The position numbers and the translations under genes were made by a program. Shown here one piece after another: positions 63,600 through 64,000 of a stretch of 64,000 nucleotides of DNA (positions are counted from its first letter, which is position 1; every line of letters begins with the position of its first letter). Below the pieces are notes generated by a model. The model was not told the origin of the DNA. It made no database searches and worked only from the letters and a program-made list of their open reading frames with translations. The DNA is from Isurus oxyrinchus. Taxonomy: Eukaryota. The stretch spans positions 111,848,001 to 111,912,000 of the forward strand of contig JANJGN010000016.1 in assembly GCA_026770705.1 (NCBI GenBank), in the 5' to 3' direction.

Positions 63600-64000
63600 C
63601 AGCTAATCGGGCACCAATCAGTAAGAAACTTTACAAATTCTAGACCAGTGAGCTTAACCTCAGATTTAGTAAAACGAAACGATTATTGCAAAGGACTCAA
63701 TTCAGGGTCAGCCTATGAAAATGTAGATGAGACATAAACTTAACATCAGTTTACAAATGAGAGATAATGTCCTACTGGTTAGTTAGATTTTTCTTTCCTG
63801 GAGAATGCAATTTAGTGTTTGGTACACAATTTTAAAAAAAGCAACATTTTATTTGACTTTCAAAAGGCGTTTGATACATCACCCACTTTGAGATACTTCA
63901 TGAGGTAGGGAAGATGTGATTTCAGTTAAGGAATACCTCAAAAACTAGAACAAACAATGTTTTGACAACACAAATTGAAAGAAATTATAAATATTATTTG
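63600..64000 (+). mobile_element. Very old CR1-type RT remnant
   Basis: NSRPVSLTS and DFQKAFD-encoding segments (gactttcaaaaggcgtttgat). Confidence 0.55.

Overview
Vertebrate nuclear DNA, most likely a cartilaginous fish (shark or ray), inferred from the repeat content: CR1-type LINEs, Deu-domain SINEs, Penelope-like termini and a Tx1-like fragment. The window holds the 5' end of SSBP3 (SSDP family, LDB1 partner) on the minus strand. Four coding exons (49692-49637, 49018-48946, 48669-48608, 42216-42132; 56+73+62+85 nt, all GT-AG) encode the 92-aa LUFS-domain N-terminus. Intron 4 is over 42 kb and runs off the left edge. A CpG-island promoter lies at about 49250-50520. Almost all ORFs in the supplied track are spurious or decayed transposon pieces. 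The most notable observations are: (1) a 4-copy promoter array of a composite TGATTGACA (PBX/PREP-type) plus palindromic CCAATTGG (NF-Y) module; (2) two stop-start-overlapping uORFs before the SSBP3 ATG; (3) a TSD-flanked ~310-bp insertion with a tRNA-Thr-like head and LTR-like ends; (4) short Penelope-type insertions starting inside a hammerhead-ribozyme core, plus a fold-back derivative; (5) a 3.3-kb gag-protease-only LTR element; (6) a consensus CTCF site facing the promoter. I found no prokaryote-type system such as CRISPR. Repeat boundaries are approximate and read by eye.
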